IMG/VR virus record: IMGVR_UViG_3300031951_000072
Location: 64,001-91,737 of that record
Direction: 5' to 3' (one strand)
DNA from: a virus
Taxonomy: Duplodnaviria > Heunggongvirae > Uroviricota > Caudoviricetes
Length of the DNA: 27,737 nucleotides
This document shows positions 26,101 through 27,737 of the stretch, piece after piece. Position numbers and translations under genes: made by a program. Below the pieces are notes generated by a model. It made no database searches and was not told the origin of the DNA. It saw nothing but the letters and a program-made list of their open reading frames with translations. Numbering within the stretch: position 1 is the stretch's first letter; every line of letters begins with the position of its first letter.

Positions 26101-26280
26101 ATTAATAAATCAGTATGTAACAGTTGTTGGAATAACCCATTATTTAAATTCGACAAATCAGATTGGAACTGGTGTCCAGAACATAAAAATACTCCTAGGC
26201 AATTTGAATGCCATAAATCTATAACGCCAGATATGGTGTTTCAAAGAATAAAAAAAGACATATTTAAGTATGAAAATTGA
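23170..26280 (+). CDS. Three-domain glycosyltransferase: GT-A (DxD) + GT4 + TibC/Aah-type protein O-heptosyltransferase
   Basis: aa ~1-300: FIDADS DxD, PYNEETVLN. aa ~314-665: PHLSTGG, KNQ, ECNPITLKE (ExxxxxxxE). aa ~677-1036: SLGDTIAW, IATDSTAQLKYWN, IGLSSGLSWLAWA, CNSCW..WCPEHKNTPRQFEC. Confidence 0.88.
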   Translation: MNNKLKFDKAYILYATENYFPVIECTITSIRKFSKLPIIVYSINKKFETSNNDVYCEVMYNIHLRHKNNDDLYIKGLDESNFYIKRENPHIYSILIQKPFITIHALENYAKTVFFIDADSVIFNNIDIFFDLYPENENIPYFTKGIYDFLAYNEIGHEDGLENTVEHKLCELLNIDQSFRLNTSYRQSGYYISGQKSIPFLNEWYITCGMDIIFRNHAIYAPYNEETVLNCLLWKYKIDKGLPLIYVNGSLDRIDIINDNKNYLGIENEIQEWFKLPPQKNSVYFIHGEKRPNIIMDMINKIDEIKNRDSGKKTNILYLAPHLSTGGMPAFLLKRIEAIKKYYNDEFNIFVVEYTNYGDAFSVQKDMIKTMIDSDKFYSLGYLGEPIDNKYKLLDIIKYNNIDVVHIDEPIEGFDSFNPVPRDLINLLYSEDRSWNIVETCHNVVFNPKQSKEFHPDAYALCSKYHKNVTFADEKEILELIEYPIENFKKTKAEKLKAQLSLNLDPEVRHVLNVGIWTPGKNQKEFVEIAKLFENNNNLHFHAIGSLAPNFEDYWGPIVENLPKNITVWGERNDVHAFMAASDVLIFNSTFECNPITLKEAISFGLKILARDLNVYLDTYSQYIIPIDDNILDTKNKLEKIVNSKLFSYTATNEQNSFAEKHVNLYLNLKNKESKYKLDIAQSFVGQPYFEIKGKDNNTYHVEFIDENNTLVYSENITTNTWIRLNRKYYTKWKTNVSIDDKIIYSKTLSLKNERVYIAFDSNSLGDTIAWMPYCLEFKKKHNCYLIVSTFWNKLFVDVYPEIEFVTPGDIVYDLYAMYNIGYYYDNNSAPENPQIIPLQKVATNILGLNYHEISPRIKFNPGKRPIESRYVTIATDSTAQLKYWNYPRGWEILCEYLQNCGYKVISVSKEASKINGVINLSDTSIENTMNVIHHSEFLIGLSSGLSWLAWALDKHVVMIANFTDEDQEFKSNCTRIINKSVCNSCWNNPLFKFDKSDWNWCPEHKNTPRQFECHKSITPDMVFQRIKKDIFKYEN

Positions 26281-26635
26281 GGTATCAATTGGAGAAATTG
26301 TAGATAAGTTATCTATTTTACAAATAAAAAAAGAAAATATATCCGATGTTAATAAATTGTATAACGTAAATAATGAATTTAGTTATTTACATGATATTGT
26401 ATTCAATGAGCTTAAAATCAGTGATGACGATTATTATAATCTTTTAATTATTAATAAAAGCTTGTGGGATATTGAAGATCATATACGAAAAAAAGAAATC
26501 GATAAATCATTCGATGATGAGTTTATCGATTTAGCTAGAAAAGTTTATATTACAAACGACAAAAGATCCGTTATAAAAAAAGAAATAAATATAAAATATA
26601 ACTCATTATTTGTTGAAGAAAAATCTTACAAATAA
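26270..26635 (+). CDS. DUF6165-like protein
   Basis: VSIGEIVDKLSILQIK...LWDIED.IR...FIDLARKVYITNDKR..IKKEIN...EEKSY matches the DUF6165 pattern as recalled. Confidence 0.75.
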   Translation: MKIEVSIGEIVDKLSILQIKKENISDVNKLYNVNNEFSYLHDIVFNELKISDDDYYNLLIINKSLWDIEDHIRKKEIDKSFDDEFIDLARKVYITNDKRSVIKKEINIKYNSLFVEEKSYK

Positions 26636-26672
26636 AAAAAAATGTGGCAGAATTAACTGCCACATTTTTTTT
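26634..26672. terminator. Bidirectional intrinsic terminator between convergent genes
   Basis: A9-TGTGGCAG-AATTAA-CTGCCACA-T8, spanning the gap between the two convergent stop codons. Confidence 0.9.
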
Positions 26673-27737
26673 ATGATAATATAGTGAAAACTAATTGTGG
26701 ATGGAAATATAATGTATATTCACTTAAAGCTACGCCAATTATCTGTACTACGTCATCTTTGGCTGATGGCGGTGTTGTAGTTATATTTCCTGCTGTAGTA
26801 CTTAAATACCAAATAGTATTAGGACCACCATATGCTCCAACACCTGAAGACACTTTTGTTACAAACCCGTGCATCAAAAAGTTTCCTGCTGCACCACTAC
26901 TTAAGCTTGTTTCAAGACATAAAGCTATTGCAGGAGCTGTAGAGCCCGTATCTGCGTCAGCTTTTTTAAATTGACCAAGTGTTGCGTCAATATATACAAC
27001 ATCACCAAACGCTAATGATTCACCAGCAGTAAATCTGGTTATCATACCCCAACCCGCAGAGCCTGTTGTTCCTGTTGAAATTGGGTATATTGAGGTTATA
27101 CCTGTAAGTGCTGGTGATGTTCCCGAAGTGCCAGATGTTCCACTCGAACCTGATGATCCGCTTGAGCCAGAAGACCCTGATGAACCACTTGAACCTGAAG
27201 AGCCAGAAGATCCTGATGTACCAGAAGATCCCGACCTACCGGATGTACCTGATGTTCCACTCGAACCTGATGATCCGCTTGAGCCAGAAGACCCTGATGA
27301 ACCACTTGAACCTGAAGAGCCAGAAGATCCTGATGTACCAGAAGATCCTGACCTACCGGATGTGCCTGATGTACCACTCGAACCTGATGATCCGCTTGAG
27401 CCAGAAGACCCTGATGAACCACTTGAACCTGAAGAGCCAGAAGATCCTGATGTACCAGAAGATCCTGACCTACCGGATGTGCCAGAAGTACCAGAAGAGC
27501 CTGACGAACCGCTCGAACCAGATGAGCCAGAAGAGCCTGATGACCCGCTTGAACCACTCGAACCAGATGAGCCAGATGTACCAGAAGAGCCTGATGACCC
27601 GCTTGAACCACTCGAACCAGATGAGCCAGATGTGCCAGAAGAGCCTGATGACCCGCTTGAACCACTCGAACCAGATGAGCCAGATGTACCAGAAGAGCCT
27701 GATGACCCGCTTGAACCGCTCGAACCAGATGAGCCAG
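26671..27737 (-). CDS. Gly-Ser-Ser/Gly-Thr-Ser repeat protein with C-terminal capsid-cement/decoration-like domain (5' end outside window)
   Basis: The frame of 26671..27045 stays open to the window edge: ...GSSGTSGTSGTSPALTGITSIYPISTGTTGSAGWGMITRFTAGESLAFGDVVY... About 68 uninterrupted G-X-S triplets in 27121-27735. Confidence 0.85.
   Translation of the reverse strand, partial: GSSGSSGSSGSSGSSGTSGSSGSSGSSGSSGSSGTSGSSGSSGSSGSSGSSGTSGSSGSSGSSGSSGSSGSSGSSGSSGSSGTSGTSGRSGSSGTSGSSGSSGSSGSSGSSGSSGSSGSSGTSGTSGRSGSSGTSGSSGSSGSSGSSGSSGSSGSSGSSGTSGTSGRSGSSGTSGSSGSSGSSGSSGSSGSSGSSGSSGTSGTSGTSPALTGITSIYPISTGTTGSAGWGMITRFTAGESLAFGDVVYIDATLGQFKKADADTGSTAPAIALCLETSLSSGAAGNFLMHGFVTKVSSGVGAYGGPNTIWYLSTTAGNITTTPPSAKDDVVQIIGVALSEYTLYFHPQLVFTILS
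27136..27483. repeat. 117-bp tandem repeat, 3 near-identical copies (coding)
   Basis: CACTCGAACCTGATGATCCG recurs at 27141, 27258 and 27375. Confidence 0.9.
27527..27737. repeat. 54-bp tandem repeat, at least 4 copies (coding, last copy truncated by window)
   Basis: CCAGAAGAGCCTGATGACCC recurs at 27527, 27581, 27635 and 27689. Confidence 0.9.

Noticed and set aside
389-26974. Many short antisense or nested ORFs in the track (e.g. 389..622, 1109..1369, 2235..2456, 10085..10393, 15217..15516, 26684..26974)
   Set aside because: Each lies within a longer gene with recognisable motifs or better context; no coding signal of its own.
27096-27665. 189-aa ORF MVQAGHQALLAHL... in the ORF track
   Set aside because: Out-of-frame shadow of the G-S-S repeat; the frame continuous with 26671..27045 gives the coherent protein.
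27136-27737. Tandem repeats as a possible CRISPR array
   Set aside because: No unique spacers, units are multiples of 9 bp inside a coding frame, and no cas genes are present.
1-27737. Stop-codon reassignment as in some large phages
   Set aside because: Long conserved genes are intact in the standard code, and TAA, TAG and TGA all end genes at tight junctions.
1-27737. Giant eukaryotic virus or bacterial chromosome origin (mucin-like and glycosylation genes)
   Set aside because: A sigma70, DnaG-type primase, bacterial terminators and coupled operons argue against a eukaryotic virus; absence of housekeeping genes and the phage-type gene set argue against a chromosome.
1-27737. tRNA, intron, intein or IS elements
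   Set aside because: Intergenic gaps are too short, and no cloverleaf, splice-junction, homing-endonuclease or transposase motifs were seen.

Overview
AT-rich, densely packed segment of a large tailed bacteriophage (Caudoviricetes), standard genetic code. The host is probably Bacteroidota, based on TAnnTTTG promoter elements, a Bacteroidota-type short RpoD, an Hc1-like protein, SprB repeats and Gln-after-cleavage signal peptides. From left to right: small hypothetical genes; putative internal-head proteins (one with tandem EF-hand loops); a lysis/envelope-like block (spanin-like pair, Amidase_2 protein, membrane proteins); a phage sigma70; SbcC/SbcD, PD-(D/E)XK nuclease, primase and RuvC-like resolvase; then a minus-strand structural block of Cys-rich, Pro-Thr mucin-like and SprB-repeat proteins. 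An oppositely oriented glycosyltransferase cassette sits inside that block: a GT9, a 1036-aa GT-A + GT4 + TibC/Aah-type protein O-heptosyltransferase fusion, and a DUF6165-like protein. It is followed by a Gly-Ser-Ser/Gly-Thr-Ser repeat protein that the ORF track misses and that runs off the window. The main candidate system is phage-encoded protein O-glycosylation of Ser/Thr-rich virion fibres. All family assignments are from motif recognition by eye; no searches were run.
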